A stretch of DNA of 64,000 bases from Candidatus Eiseniibacteriota bacterium. GTDB lineage: Bacteria; Eisenbacteria; RBG-16-71-46. Under the pieces are notes generated by a model. The model was not told the origin of the DNA, ran no database searches, and worked only from the letters and a program-made list of their open reading frames with translations. The position numbers were made by a program, and so were the translations under genes. The stretch lies in the NCBI GenBank assembly GCA_963717935.1, contig CAVQXP010000004.1:1568001-1632000 (forward strand), in the 5' to 3' direction. Each line of letters starts with the position of its first letter. Within the stretch, counting starts at the first letter, position 1. Below, in pieces: positions 48,952 through 58,938 of this stretch.

Positions 48952-49137
48952 GTGGCAGTCGTCAAGAGACCGGCCTACGTCATGCGGCAGAAGGAGCAGC
49001 AGCGCCTCGCCCGCGCGACCGAGCGGCGCGCGGCGCGCCGGGACCGCAAGCACTCGACGGGCACGGAATTCGAGGACCCCGAGGCGGAGGGCCCGCCGGC
49101 GGAAGAGATGGAGACCGACGCGGAGGCCGGGGACTGA
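48952..49137 (+). CDS. Small hypothetical protein with a basic N-half and acidic C-half
   Basis: GAGGAG RBS before GTG; RQKEQQRLARATERRAARRDRK then EFEDPEAE..EEMETDAE. Confidence 0.6.
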   Translation: MAVVKRPAYVMRQKEQQRLARATERRAARRDRKHSTGTEFEDPEAEGPPAEEMETDAEAGD

Positions 49138-49351
49138 TCGGACAGAGTCGGTCCCGTTCGCGATCAGCGCGGACTCGAGCCCAGGACTGCCCGCCGCCCC
49201 CCAGAATCACCCGAGCGCGCCCCGGCCACCCCTTTCCCATGCGGCAGGGGATGGGCCGTTTCTTGGCGGCGCCGGCCCACGGGTGGTACGTTTCACGTGC
49301 TCTACCCGTTCACGCCTCGTGGAAGCGCACTGAGCTCAAAGGTGGATCTCG

Positions 49352-50806
49352 TTGCTCGACACACAACATACGGCCACGGGTCCCGATGCTCCGGTGGTGC
49401 CAGGGCTGCCTGTGATCATCCAGGGTGGCATGGGGGTCGGAGTCTCCAACTGGCGGCTGGCACGCGCCGTGTCGCGCCTCGGTCAGCTGGGGGTGGTTTC
49501 GGGCACGGCGCTCGACACCGTGCTCGCGCGGCGGCTTCAGAGCGGCGATATCGGCGGTCACATGCGCCGCGCGATGGAGAAGTTTCCCATCCCGCAGGCT
49601 GCAGCCGAGGCGCTGAAACGCTACTTCCACCCCGGGGGTCTCCCGCCGGGCGCGCCGTACGCCACGCTGCCCATGCCCCAGCAGATGATGAGCAGGGCGC
49701 GCGAACAGTTCACCATGCTCGCAGCGTTCGTCGAGGTCCAGCTCGCCAGGGAAGGCCACGACGGTCTCGTCGGCATCAACCTGCTGACGAAGGTGCAGCA
49801 CTCGAATCTGCCGCTGCTGTACGGCGCGATGCTCGCGGGGGTCGGTTTCGTGCTGATGGGCGCGGGCATCCCGCGCGAGATCCCGGCGGCGCTCGACGCG
49901 CTCGCCCTGCATCAGCCTGCCGCACTCCGCCTGGAGATCGAGGACGGTGCTGCGGATGCCGCCCAGTACCTGCGGCTGGATCCGGGCAGTTTCTGGGAGG
50001 GCGCGCCACCGCAGCTCCTCCGTCCGAGATTCCTGCCCATCATCTCCAGTAATTCGCTCGCGACCATGATGGTGCGCAAGGCCTCCGGCCGGGTGGATGG
50101 GTTCGTCATCGAGGGCCCCACCGCCGGCGGTCACAACGCGCCGCCGCGTGGCGGCAGCGTGCCGGACGAGCAGGGCGACATCACGTACGGTCCGCGCGAC
50201 GAGGTGGACCTCGCGAAGATCCGCGAGCTGGGCCTGCCGTTCTGGGTCGGGGGGGGCGAGGGCTCGCCGCAGCGGTTGCGCGAAGCGCTCGCGGCCGGCG
50301 CGGCCGGCATCCAGGTGGGCACCCTGTTCGCCTACTGTGATGAGTCCGGGATCGAACCCAGGCTGCGCAGCACCGTGCTGATGCACGTCGCTCGTGGCGA
50401 GATCAAGGTGCGCACCGATTCGCGCGCCTCGCCGACCGGGTACCCGTTCAAGGTGGTCACATGGGGTGACGCCGCCACCGTTCGCGAGCGCGTCTGCGAT
50501 CTGGGCTACCTGCGCACCGCCTACGCGATGCCGGACGGCCGCGTCGGCTATCGCTGCCCGAGCGAACCCGCCGGCACGTTCGTCGCCAAGGGTGGGAGCG
50601 TCGCGGACACGGCGGGACGTCTGTGCCTGTGCAACGCGCTGCTCGCCACGATCGGGCTCGCGCAGGCGCGCGGGGGTGGGCAGGCCGAGCCGCTGCTGCT
50701 GACGAGCGGCGACGACCTCATCCGGCTCGGCGGCTTCCTGGCCGGCCGCACGCACTATTCGGCGGGGGACGTGATCTCCTACCTGCTCGAGGCCGGCACG
50801 GCCTAG
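49352..50806 (+). CDS. Nitronate monooxygenase-like FMN protein (FabX/UfaA-like) with a C-terminal Cys cluster
   Basis: IIQGGMGVGVS, MGAGIP, IEGPTAGGHN, GIQVGT.F, SPTGYPF, CDLGYLR..YRCPSEP..CLCNAL; TGgTACGTT promoter-like motif at 49284-49292. Confidence 0.82.
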   Translation: MLDTQHTATGPDAPVVPGLPVIIQGGMGVGVSNWRLARAVSRLGQLGVVSGTALDTVLARRLQSGDIGGHMRRAMEKFPIPQAAAEALKRYFHPGGLPPGAPYATLPMPQQMMSRAREQFTMLAAFVEVQLAREGHDGLVGINLLTKVQHSNLPLLYGAMLAGVGFVLMGAGIPREIPAALDALALHQPAALRLEIEDGAADAAQYLRLDPGSFWEGAPPQLLRPRFLPIISSNSLATMMVRKASGRVDGFVIEGPTAGGHNAPPRGGSVPDEQGDITYGPRDEVDLAKIRELGLPFWVGGGEGSPQRLREALAAGAAGIQVGTLFAYCDESGIEPRLRSTVLMHVARGEIKVRTDSRASPTGYPFKVVTWGDAATVRERVCDLGYLRTAYAMPDGRVGYRCPSEPAGTFVAKGGSVADTAGRLCLCNALLATIGLAQARGGGQAEPLLLTSGDDLIRLGGFLAGRTHYSAGDVISYLLEAGTA

Positions 50807-50892
50807 AGTCGTCCGTCCGGCTCAGCCCGCTCCGGGGACCCGCACCTCTCCGCCCTGTCGCGCCTGCGGCCCGTTCCTGCAGCCCCGCTTCT

Positions 50893-51693
50893 TCAGCCCC
50901 GTGCGCCTCGCCGGCGCCGCGGGCGCTCGCTGGCCACGCCGGTCACCATGTAGGTGCCGCTACGCTCGTCCTTGCGCAGCGTGACGACCTTGGATTCCTG
51001 CGCGTCCTCGAGCAACTCGCTGAAGCTGCCGTAGCCCAGAGCGGCCTCGCTGAAGGCGGGGCGCTTGCGCTTCATGGTGTCCTTCACGAGCGAGGCCTGG
51101 ATCACCTCGAAGTTCTCCCGCTGCAGCGCCCGCACGGTGTCCGCCAGCAGCCGGAACGCCTCGTCCTTGTCGTGCGCGGGCTTCGCGCCGGCCTTCACCG
51201 GCTCGGGACCGTGCTCGAGATCCTCGTAGTAGATGAACTCGTCGCAGGCGTTGGCCAGCAACGACGAGGTGGACGCCTTCATGCCGAGGCCGATGACGTG
51301 CTTGCCGTTCTCCTTGAGCTTGGCGACCAGGGGGGAGAAGTCGCTGTCGCCGGAGACGACCACGAAGGTGTCGATGTGCTCCTTGCTCCAGCTCAGGTCC
51401 ATGGCGTCCACGACCAGGCGGATGTCCGCCGAGTTCTTGCCGGTGCTCTCGCGGCGCGGGATCTCGATCAACTCGATGCCGTTCTCGTGCAGGCTCTGCG
51501 TGTGGCTGCGGAAGCGGTGCCAGTCGGCATAGGCCACCTTGACGATGACCTTGCCCTTCTCGAGCAACCGGTCGAGGACGCGCCGCACCTCGAAGGGGGC
51601 GCTGGCGTCGCGCAGGCCCAGCGCGATGTTCTCGAAGTCGATGAACACGGCGATCTGCAGTTGAGGGCCGGTGGTCGTGGGCGACGCGGGCAT
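50893..51693 (-). CDS. NYN domain (LabA/DUF88) ribonuclease-like protein with C-terminal OST-HTH/LOTUS domain
   Basis: IAVFIDFEN, AYADW, GKNSADIRL, VSGDSDFSPL, CDEFIYYEDL; PAFSE...GYGSFSELLE. Confidence 0.9.
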   Translation of the reverse strand: MPASPTTTGPQLQIAVFIDFENIALGLRDASAPFEVRRVLDRLLEKGKVIVKVAYADWHRFRSHTQSLHENGIELIEIPRRESTGKNSADIRLVVDAMDLSWSKEHIDTFVVVSGDSDFSPLVAKLKENGKHVIGLGMKASTSSLLANACDEFIYYEDLEHGPEPVKAGAKPAHDKDEAFRLLADTVRALQRENFEVIQASLVKDTMKRKRPAFSEAALGYGSFSELLEDAQESKVVTLRKDERSGTYMVTGVASERPRRRRGARG

Positions 51694-52016
51694 GGGCGCA
51701 CCTCCGGGGCTGGGTGGACGCGGGGCGACCCACGCATCCTAGGAGCCGCGCGGTCCGGGGCACAAGCGGGGAGGAGCCGGGCCCCGCGCCGGCGTCTTTC
51801 TCCCTAAGTCCTGGTCCCCTGGCTGCCGATACCTGACCCGAACAGCCCCCGGCCCCGCGGCGGGCGCGCGCAAGGCGTGGGTTTGTCGCGGGGTGGGGGC
51901 CCGACTTCGTCGCAGGACACCCGATGGACCGGGGCCCGCGCAGGAGCCGGGCGTTCATTGCACGCGGCGGGAGGGCACGGCCCTCCCGACTCCACCTCGT
52001 TCCCCTCCGAGGCGTC

Positions 52017-54920
52017 ATGGCCGAGCGAAGCGCAGGCATGAACAACGACATGACGGGCTTGCATCTCATTGCCCCGGGATTGCGCGAGCTGCTCGACGCG
52101 AGTCCGGACCTGCTCTTCGCCTGCGACGCCGACGGCGCGGTGCTGTGGTTGAGCCGGGCCTTCGAGACGCTTACCGGGCGCGTGGCCGCCGACCAGATCG
52201 GGCGGCGCTGGTCCACGCTGGTCGCCCCGCACGAGGCGCGCCGCGTGATGCGCCTGGTCCTGCGCCAGCGCCGCCGGCGCACGCCGGTGGTCGAGGTGAC
52301 GCTGCCGCTGCTCGCGAGCCAGGGGCGCGAGGCCTGGGTCACGGCGCGCGTGAGCCTGCTCGAGCGCGCGGATGGCGGCATGATCTTCGTGGGCACGGCG
52401 CGTGGGCTCGAGCCCGGCACGGATGCCGGCGGGACCGAGCCGCAGTCCGCAGCCGGAACGACGTGCGCGGAGACGAGCATGTGCGCGTTGCCGGCCGCAC
52501 CGGAGTGCCCCGCACCAGCGGTGGCCGCCGAGGCCGCGACCGGCCCCGCGGTGGTGCAGACCGAGTCGCGTCCACGCGGCGGTCTGGCGTCCGCGTTCTC
52601 GTTCCTGTCGCGTGGTGGCAAGAACGATGCGCCGGCCGCGACGGGTCCGGCCTCACCGCGCGACGACCACGCCGCGCTCCTGAGCCGCATGGAGCAGTTG
52701 ACGGTCATGCTGGACGGGGCCCGCGCCACGGCGCAGGCCAAGGGCGAGTTGCTGGCGACCATGACGCACGAGCTGCGCACGCCCATGAACGGCATGATGG
52801 GCATGGCCCACCTGCTGCTCGAGACGGAGCTGGACCGCGAGCAGCGGGGCATGGTCGAGGTGCTGCTCCACGCGGGCGAGTCGCTGCTCGAGCTGGTGAA
52901 CGACACGCTGGAGTTCTCGCGGGGCGAGGCGGGCAAGCTCGAACTGGAACGCCTGCCGTTCGATCTGCGGACGACGACGTACGAGACTGGGGCGCTGCTG
53001 GCGCCGCTGGCGAACGAGAAGCGCCTGCACTTCGAGTGTGAGGTGCAGGACGAGGTGCCCGCGCGGGTCTGGGGCGACCCGGGCCGCCTGCGCCAGGTGC
53101 TGCTCAACCTGGGCGGCAACGCCGTCAAGTTCACCGAACAGGGAATGGTCCGGCTGGCGGTCGAGCGGGTGCGTGAGGACGAGCGTGAGGTGACGCTGCG
53201 CTTCGCGGTCCAGGACACGGGCATCGGCATGACCGAGGAGCAGAGGGGCCGCATCTTCCAGGCCTTCCAGCAGGCCGATGCCTCGATCGCCCGCCGTTAC
53301 GGCGGCACGGGCCTGGGGCTGGCGATCTCGAGCCGGCTGGTATCGCTGATGGGTGGCGCGGTGGGGGTCGAGAGCGCGTCGGGCCAGGGCAGCCGGTTCT
53401 GGTTCGACGTCACGCTCGAGAAGCAACGCGACGCGGCGCTCGGGCTCGACGGCGCGCCCCTGCGGACGGAACTCGCGGGCCTGAAGGTGATGGTGGTGGA
53501 GCCGTCGCCGGCGATGCGGCGCTCGTATCTCTGCAGGCTCGATGCCTGGGGCTGCCGCGTCGAGGCGGCCGAGGACGCCGAGGTCGGGCTGGCGATGCTC
53601 GAGAAGGCTGCCGAGGCGGGTGACCCGTTCCGCTTCGCCCTGATCGAGCGGCAGCTGCCGGGCATGGACGGCGAGGAGATGGGGAAGGCGATCCGCGCGG
53701 ACGGCAGGCGCGATCGCACGCTGACGGTGCTCGTGACGTCGGCGGGACGCCGCGGCGATGCCGTCCGGGCGAAGGCGCTGGGATTCTCGGCCTATCTCTC
53801 CAAGCCGCTCGACTGGGAGCAGCTGGCCGGAGCGCTGGTTGAGGTGCTGCGGCGGGTGGAGACCACCCCGATGGGCGAGACGCCGGAGCTGGTCACGCTG
53901 CACTCGATGGCCAGGACGCGGCGCGGCGGCCTGCGCATCCTGCTGGTCGAAGACAGCGCGGTGAACCAGCTGGTCACGCAGTGGACGCTCAAACGGCTGG
54001 GCTACGGGCTGCAGACCGCGCCCACGGTGCGCGCGGCGCTCGAGGCCTGGAAGCGGGAACAGTTCGACGTGGTGCTGATGGACATCCAGCTGCCGGACGG
54101 TGACGGCTATGCGCTGGCGCGCGAGCTGCGCTCGAGCGAGACGTCGGGCCGCCGGACGCCGATCGTGGCGATGACGGGGAGCACCGAACCGGGCGACCGC
54201 GAAAAGTGCTTCGCGGCCGGGATGGACGAGTACCTCCCGAAGCCGGTGGACCTGGGGCTGCTGTGCCGCGTGGTCGAGAACTTGGCGGGTGGTGGGGCGA
54301 GGGCGGGCGCCGAGGCGAGCGCCGAGGCAAGCACCGTGATGTCGTCACGAGGCGCCACCGACCCGGGGAAGATCGCCGTCGCGGTGGATGACGCATCGCT
54401 CCTGCACGAGATCGAAGCAGCCGAGGCGGAGATGAGCGGGATGCAGCGGCCGTTCGCGGTCGTGGCGGCGGACCTGGTCGCCGGGCTGGCCCCGACGGTG
54501 GTCTCGCTCTCGAGCGCGGACGTCATGCCGCTGGCCGAGGTTCTGCTCCGGGACGAGCTCGCGAGCGAGGCCCCCCTGCCGGCGCTCGACCTCGCGCGGC
54601 TCGAGGAGCTCAGTATGGGCAACCCGGCCCTGCGCGACTCCCTGCTCAGCACGTTCCTCAGCGACGTCCGTCCGCGGCTGGAGCAACTGGGGCTGGCGGT
54701 GAACGGGCGTGACGCCCACCGGGTCGAATTCGAGGCGCACGGCCTGAAGGGCATGTGTGCCTCGCTCGGAGCGACGGCCAGCGCCGAGCTGTTCGCGGAA
54801 CTCGAGCGCGTGGGGCGCGAGAAGACGCTCGACCTCGCGCCATCGTTGCTCAAGCGGGCGTACCTCGAGGTGACGCGCACGGAACGCTACATCTTGATGA
54901 TAGAGCGCCTGGCGGCCTGA
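52017..54920 (+). CDS. Cytoplasmic hybrid sensor kinase PAS-HisKA-HATPase-REC-REC-HPt
   Basis: [33 protein letters not shown], two receiver domains, HPt AHGLKG; start could be 52017 or 52038. Confidence 0.9.
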   Translation: MAERSAGMNNDMTGLHLIAPGLRELLDASPDLLFACDADGAVLWLSRAFETLTGRVAADQIGRRWSTLVAPHEARRVMRLVLRQRRRRTPVVEVTLPLLASQGREAWVTARVSLLERADGGMIFVGTARGLEPGTDAGGTEPQSAAGTTCAETSMCALPAAPECPAPAVAAEAATGPAVVQTESRPRGGLASAFSFLSRGGKNDAPAATGPASPRDDHAALLSRMEQLTVMLDGARATAQAKGELLATMTHELRTPMNGMMGMAHLLLETELDREQRGMVEVLLHAGESLLELVNDTLEFSRGEAGKLELERLPFDLRTTTYETGALLAPLANEKRLHFECEVQDEVPARVWGDPGRLRQVLLNLGGNAVKFTEQGMVRLAVERVREDEREVTLRFAVQDTGIGMTEEQRGRIFQAFQQADASIARRYGGTGLGLAISSRLVSLMGGAVGVESASGQGSRFWFDVTLEKQRDAALGLDGAPLRTELAGLKVMVVEPSPAMRRSYLCRLDAWGCRVEAAEDAEVGLAMLEKAAEAGDPFRFALIERQLPGMDGEEMGKAIRADGRRDRTLTVLVTSAGRRGDAVRAKALGFSAYLSKPLDWEQLAGALVEVLRRVETTPMGETPELVTLHSMARTRRGGLRILLVEDSAVNQLVTQWTLKRLGYGLQTAPTVRAALEAWKREQFDVVLMDIQLPDGDGYALARELRSSETSGRRTPIVAMTGSTEPGDREKCFAAGMDEYLPKPVDLGLLCRVVENLAGGGARAGAEASAEASTVMSSRGATDPGKIAVAVDDASLLHEIEAAEAEMSGMQRPFAVVAADLVAGLAPTVVSLSSADVMPLAEVLLRDELASEAPLPALDLARLEELSMGNPALRDSLLSTFLSDVRPRLEQLGLAVNGRDAHRVEFEAHGLKGMCASLGATASAELFAELERVGREKTLDLAPSLLKRAYLEVTRTERYILMIERLAA

Positions 54921-54990
54921 CCGGCTGCTGCGCTCGTCTCGGCGCCCCGCCTGAGTCCCGGCGGGGCGCTGTGTTATCGTCAGCGGTCCC

Positions 54991-56187
54991 ATGCGCTCCG
55001 TACTCACCCCGCGTCTCGCGCTGCTCACCACGGCGCACTTCACCGTCGATGTGTACTCCTCGTTCTTCTCGCCGCTGCTGCCGCTGCTGGCCCTGCGCCT
55101 GCACCTGAACCTGGCGATGGTGGGCACGCTGGTGGCGCTGGCCTCGCTCTCGTCCGCGTTCTCGCAGCCGCTCTTCGGGCTGGTGGCGGACCGCATACGC
55201 CGCCCGTGGCTGATCGGCTTCGGACCGCTGGTGGCAGCCGTGTTCATGAGCGCGGTGGGGCTGGCGCCCTCGTACGCGGCGCTGGTCGTGATCCTGATGG
55301 TGGGGGGTCTGGGGATCTCCTGGTTCCACCCGCAGTCGGCGGTGCTGGCCACGCAGTCATCGGAGCGCCGCTCGCTCGCCATGTCGGTGTTCATCACGGG
55401 TGGCACGCTGGGTGGCTCGCTGGGTCCGCTCATCTCGGTGACGGTGGTGGGCTGGGTCGGGCTCGAGCGCTCGTGGGTGGTGATGTTCCCGGGGCTGGCG
55501 CTGGCCGCAGTGCTGATGGTGGCGCTGAGGCGCCTGCACGGCGCCGGGCGCGAGCCGGGCGGGGCGGGTACCGCCTCCGGTGCCGGCGCGCCGCCGCTGC
55601 GGGCGCTGAAGCCGGTGCTCCGGCCGCTGACGTTGCTCTACATCGCGGTGGTGGCGCGCTCGGCCGTCTCGTACGGGTTCATGACCTTCCTGCCGATCCA
55701 CCTGCACCGGCTGGGCCATTCGGTCGCATTCGGGGGCACGGCGCTCACGGCCTACCTCTCGATGGGGGCGCTGGGGGGGTTCCTGGGCGGCTGGCTGGCG
55801 GAGAAGGTCGGTGGCCGGGCGGTGGTGGTGCGGTCGTTCGTGGGCGCGATCCCGTTCTTCCTCGCGTTTCTGGTGCTGCCCACGGGGCCCGGGCTGGTCT
55901 GCCTGGTGATCGGTTCGTTCATCGTGCAGGGCTCGCTGCCGGTGAACATCGTGCTCGGGCAGGAGCTGGCGCCACGGCACTCCTCGACCATCTCGAGCCT
56001 GCTGATGGGCGCGGCCTGGGGCGTGGGGGCGCTGCTGGTCGCGCCGATCGGCGTGCTGGCCGACGCGTTCGGGATCGTCGTGGCGCTGACGGCGCTCACC
56101 GGGTTCCTGCTGGTCGGGCTGGTCTGCGGCCTGGCGCTGCCCTCGCCGCGCGAGCAGGCACGGCTCGCGGAACTGACGCACGCCTGA
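54991..56187 (+). CDS. MFS transporter, Fsr (fosmidomycin resistance)-like
   Basis: AHFTVD, QPLFGLVADR, FHPQ, SVFITGGTLG..LGP, GGWLAEKVG; about 12 TMs; TGtTATCGT at 54972-54980. Confidence 0.88.
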   Translation: MRSVLTPRLALLTTAHFTVDVYSSFFSPLLPLLALRLHLNLAMVGTLVALASLSSAFSQPLFGLVADRIRRPWLIGFGPLVAAVFMSAVGLAPSYAALVVILMVGGLGISWFHPQSAVLATQSSERRSLAMSVFITGGTLGGSLGPLISVTVVGWVGLERSWVVMFPGLALAAVLMVALRRLHGAGREPGGAGTASGAGAPPLRALKPVLRPLTLLYIAVVARSAVSYGFMTFLPIHLHRLGHSVAFGGTALTAYLSMGALGGFLGGWLAEKVGGRAVVVRSFVGAIPFFLAFLVLPTGPGLVCLVIGSFIVQGSLPVNIVLGQELAPRHSSTISSLLMGAAWGVGALLVAPIGVLADAFGIVVALTALTGFLLVGLVCGLALPSPREQARLAELTHA

Positions 56188-56234
56188 CGGGGGTGGCGGG
56201 GCTGCGGTTCGAGCCCACCGGCCCCCGCAACGCC

Positions 56235-56263
56235 GCGCGGCCCGCCATGACGACGGGCCGCGC
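56235..56263. terminator. Hairpin between convergent genes
   Basis: gcgcggcccg ... cgggccgcgc 10-bp stem. Confidence 0.5.
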
Positions 56264-56280
56264 TCGCGTCCTGCGGGGGA

Positions 56281-56634
56281 CTACGTCTGCTTGCGCCGGC
56301 GCCGGCGCTGCTGGCCGAAGATCGAGTCCAGGTAGGCGCTCACCTCGGTGCGCACGATGCCGGGGATGATCTGTCGCATCTTGTTCTGCACCTCGCTGCG
56401 GACCTGCGCGCTGAGATCGCCCGCGGCCGGGCGGGCCACGACGACCGCCGCGCCTCCGGCCCCGCGCCTGCGCGCGACGCCGGACTTCTTCCGCCACGAG
56501 TAGTACGTCACCGGGGTGACGCCGAACTTCTTCTGAACCTGCGCTGCCGTGAGCTTCTCGGCCTTCGCTGCGGCGAGCACCTTCGCACGCTGCTCGGGTG
56601 TGTACTCCGTACGCTTCTTACGTGTCTTGGCCAT
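56281..56634 (-). CDS. Small, highly basic HTH protein (transposase-OrfA-like fold, no transposase context)
   Basis: YTPEQRAKVL...LTAAQVQKKFGVTPVTYYSWRKK; AGGAGG RBS; Arg/Lys-rich termini. Confidence 0.8.
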   Translation of the reverse strand: MAKTRKKRTEYTPEQRAKVLAAAKAEKLTAAQVQKKFGVTPVTYYSWRKKSGVARRRGAGGAAVVVARPAAGDLSAQVRSEVQNKMRQIIPGIVRTEVSAYLDSIFGQQRRRRRKQT

Positions 56635-57012
56635 GTGGCCTCCTATTCCGAGGGGGGGAGATATGCAACTTGGGAGAATAGGCCATATCGGTGTTCTGGA
56701 GTCAATGGAGATGGCAAGCGAATTGACGCGTGCCTTACATTCTGGATATCAGATGCGGTGCTCCGGACGCTGAATACGAAGTCGTCTCTCTCGATCGTCC
56801 CGGATCGCGTCGGTGGCCCGTGCCAGTGCCGACGCGCTTGTGCAACGTCGAAAGCGAACACGACGGGCGCAGGCAGGAGGCACGCGGGGTCGCCCGAGGT
56901 GGCGCTGGCGCACGGGCGGCAAAGCCCATAGACTCCGCCCGCATCCTGTTCCACGGAGTGCCGTAGATACGGAGCGCAAGACGGGCCGCATGAGCGGCCG
57001 CGGGAGTTCCTC

Positions 57013-57468
57013 ATGAGTGACGCGCCCCTGAAGCCGCCCACGCACAGCACCAGCCACGCCACGCTCAATCTCGAGACCGTCGAGGGCACGCGCATGCGCT
57101 TCGGCGTGCGCGTCGGCGAGCACGCCTTCCAGTTCGACGCCGGCCCCGAGGCCGAGGGCCCCAGCCCGATGCAGGTCGTGCCGGCCGCGCTCGGCGGCTG
57201 CACGGCGATGGACGTCATCAGCATCCTGCGCAAGAAGCGCCAGGCCGTCACGGGCTACGAGGTCGAGGTCGTGGCCGAGCGCCGCATGGACCAGCATCCG
57301 AAGACCTTCACGCGGATGGAGATCGTCCATCGAGTGCGCGGCCGGGGCATCAGTCCGGCGGCGGTGGCCGAGGCGGTCGAGTTGAGCGACACGAAGTACT
57401 GTGGCGTTCACGCCATGCTGGAGCCCAAGGTCGCGATCACGAGCCGCTACGAGATCATCGAGGAGTGA
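57013..57468 (+). CDS. OsmC family protein (YhfA-like)
   Basis: GPSPMQ....LGGCTAMDVISILRKKR, LSDTKYCGVHAML. Confidence 0.9.
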   Translation: MSDAPLKPPTHSTSHATLNLETVEGTRMRFGVRVGEHAFQFDAGPEAEGPSPMQVVPAALGGCTAMDVISILRKKRQAVTGYEVEVVAERRMDQHPKTFTRMEIVHRVRGRGISPAAVAEAVELSDTKYCGVHAMLEPKVAITSRYEIIEE

Positions 57469-57537
57469 GGCGCGGGCCCGGCCCGGAGCCGGGTGCGCCC
57501 TGGAGAGGACGTCGGCGTCGGCCGCGCGAGGTGGACG

Positions 57538-58938
57538 ATGAGCGGATCCCGCATCGAGAAGGACAGCATGGGCGAGATGAAGGTGCCCGCGGCGGCCCTC
57601 TACGGCCCGCAGACGCAGCGCGCCGTGGAGAATTTCCCGGTCTCGGGCGAGCCCATGCCGGTGGAGTTCATCCACGCGCTGGGGCTGCTCAAGCAGGTCG
57701 GCGCGCGGGTGAACGCCGGTCTCGGGCTGCTCGATCCCGCCCTTGCCGCGGGCATCGAGCAGGCCGCCGCCGAGGTGGGGGGGGGCCGGTGGGACGCCGA
57801 GTTCCCGGTCGACGTCTTCCAGACCGGCAGCGGCACCAGCACCAACATGAACGCCAACGAGGTGATCGCCCGGCGCGCGGGCGAGATCCTCGGCCGCAGG
57901 GTCCACCCCAACGACCACGTCAACCTGGGCCAGAGCAGCAACGACGTGATCCCCACCGTGCTCCACGTCTCGGCGGTGCTGGGGATCGAGCGGCAACTCG
58001 TCCCCGCGCTCGAGCACCTGCGCGCGGCCCTGGCGGAGAAGGCGCGGGCCTGGGACGGCATCATCAAGACCGGACGAACGCACCTGATGGATGCGACGCC
58101 GATCCGGCTGGGGCAGGAGTTCGGGGGCTACGCCTCGCAGGTCGAGCACGGCATCGCGCGGCTGAAGGCCGTGCTGCCCGACCTGCGCGAGCTGGCGCTG
58201 GGTGGCACCGCCGTCGGCACCGGGCTCAACACGCACCCGGAGTTCGCCAGACGCGTGGCCGCGGAGCTTTCGCGCGTCGCCGGCACGGAGTTCCGAGAGG
58301 CGGCGGACCACTTCGAGGCGCAGGCTTCGCAGGACGCCGCGACCTGGGCGAGCGGCGCCCTGAACACGGTGGCCGCGAGTCTGATGAAGATCGCCAACGA
58401 CCTGCGACTCCTGAACTCCGGTCCGCGCTGCGGCCTGGCCGAGGTCGCCCTGCCGGCGGTCCAGCCCGGTTCGAGCATCATGCCGGGCAAGGTGAACCCG
58501 GTCATCTGCGAGTCCGTGATCCAGGTGGGGGCGCAGGTGATGGGCAACCACGTCGCGGTCACGGTCGGCACCCAGTGGGGGCAGCTCGACCTGAACACCA
58601 TGCTGCCGCTCATCGCCCGCAACCTGCTCGAGAGCATCCGGCTGCTGGCGAACGTGGCGCGGGTGTTCGCCGACAAGGCCATCGCCGGTCTGGTCGCGAA
58701 CGAGGAGACCTGCCGCGGCTACGTCGAGATCTCGCCCGGCATGGCCACGGCGCTGAACCCGCTCATCGGCTACGACCGGGCGGCCGAGATCGCCAAGCGC
58801 GCGTTCCAGGAGCGGCGCCCGGTGCGCGAGCTGGCGAAGGAGATGACGGACCTCACACCGGAGCAGATCGAGCAGGCTCTGGACCCGAGGCGGCAGACCG
58901 AGCCCGGCCTGGGACCGGACGGGGGCGGGGGCGGATGA
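57538..58938 (+). CDS. fumC: Class II fumarate hydratase
   Basis: RIEKDSMGE, QTGSGTSTNMNANEV, HPNDHVN..QSSND, GRTHLMDA, GSSIMPGKVNP; aspartase cannot be fully excluded. Confidence 0.88.
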   Translation: MSGSRIEKDSMGEMKVPAAALYGPQTQRAVENFPVSGEPMPVEFIHALGLLKQVGARVNAGLGLLDPALAAGIEQAAAEVGGGRWDAEFPVDVFQTGSGTSTNMNANEVIARRAGEILGRRVHPNDHVNLGQSSNDVIPTVLHVSAVLGIERQLVPALEHLRAALAEKARAWDGIIKTGRTHLMDATPIRLGQEFGGYASQVEHGIARLKAVLPDLRELALGGTAVGTGLNTHPEFARRVAAELSRVAGTEFREAADHFEAQASQDAATWASGALNTVAASLMKIANDLRLLNSGPRCGLAEVALPAVQPGSSIMPGKVNPVICESVIQVGAQVMGNHVAVTVGTQWGQLDLNTMLPLIARNLLESIRLLANVARVFADKAIAGLVANEETCRGYVEISPGMATALNPLIGYDRAAEIAKRAFQERRPVRELAKEMTDLTPEQIEQALDPRRQTEPGLGPDGGGGG

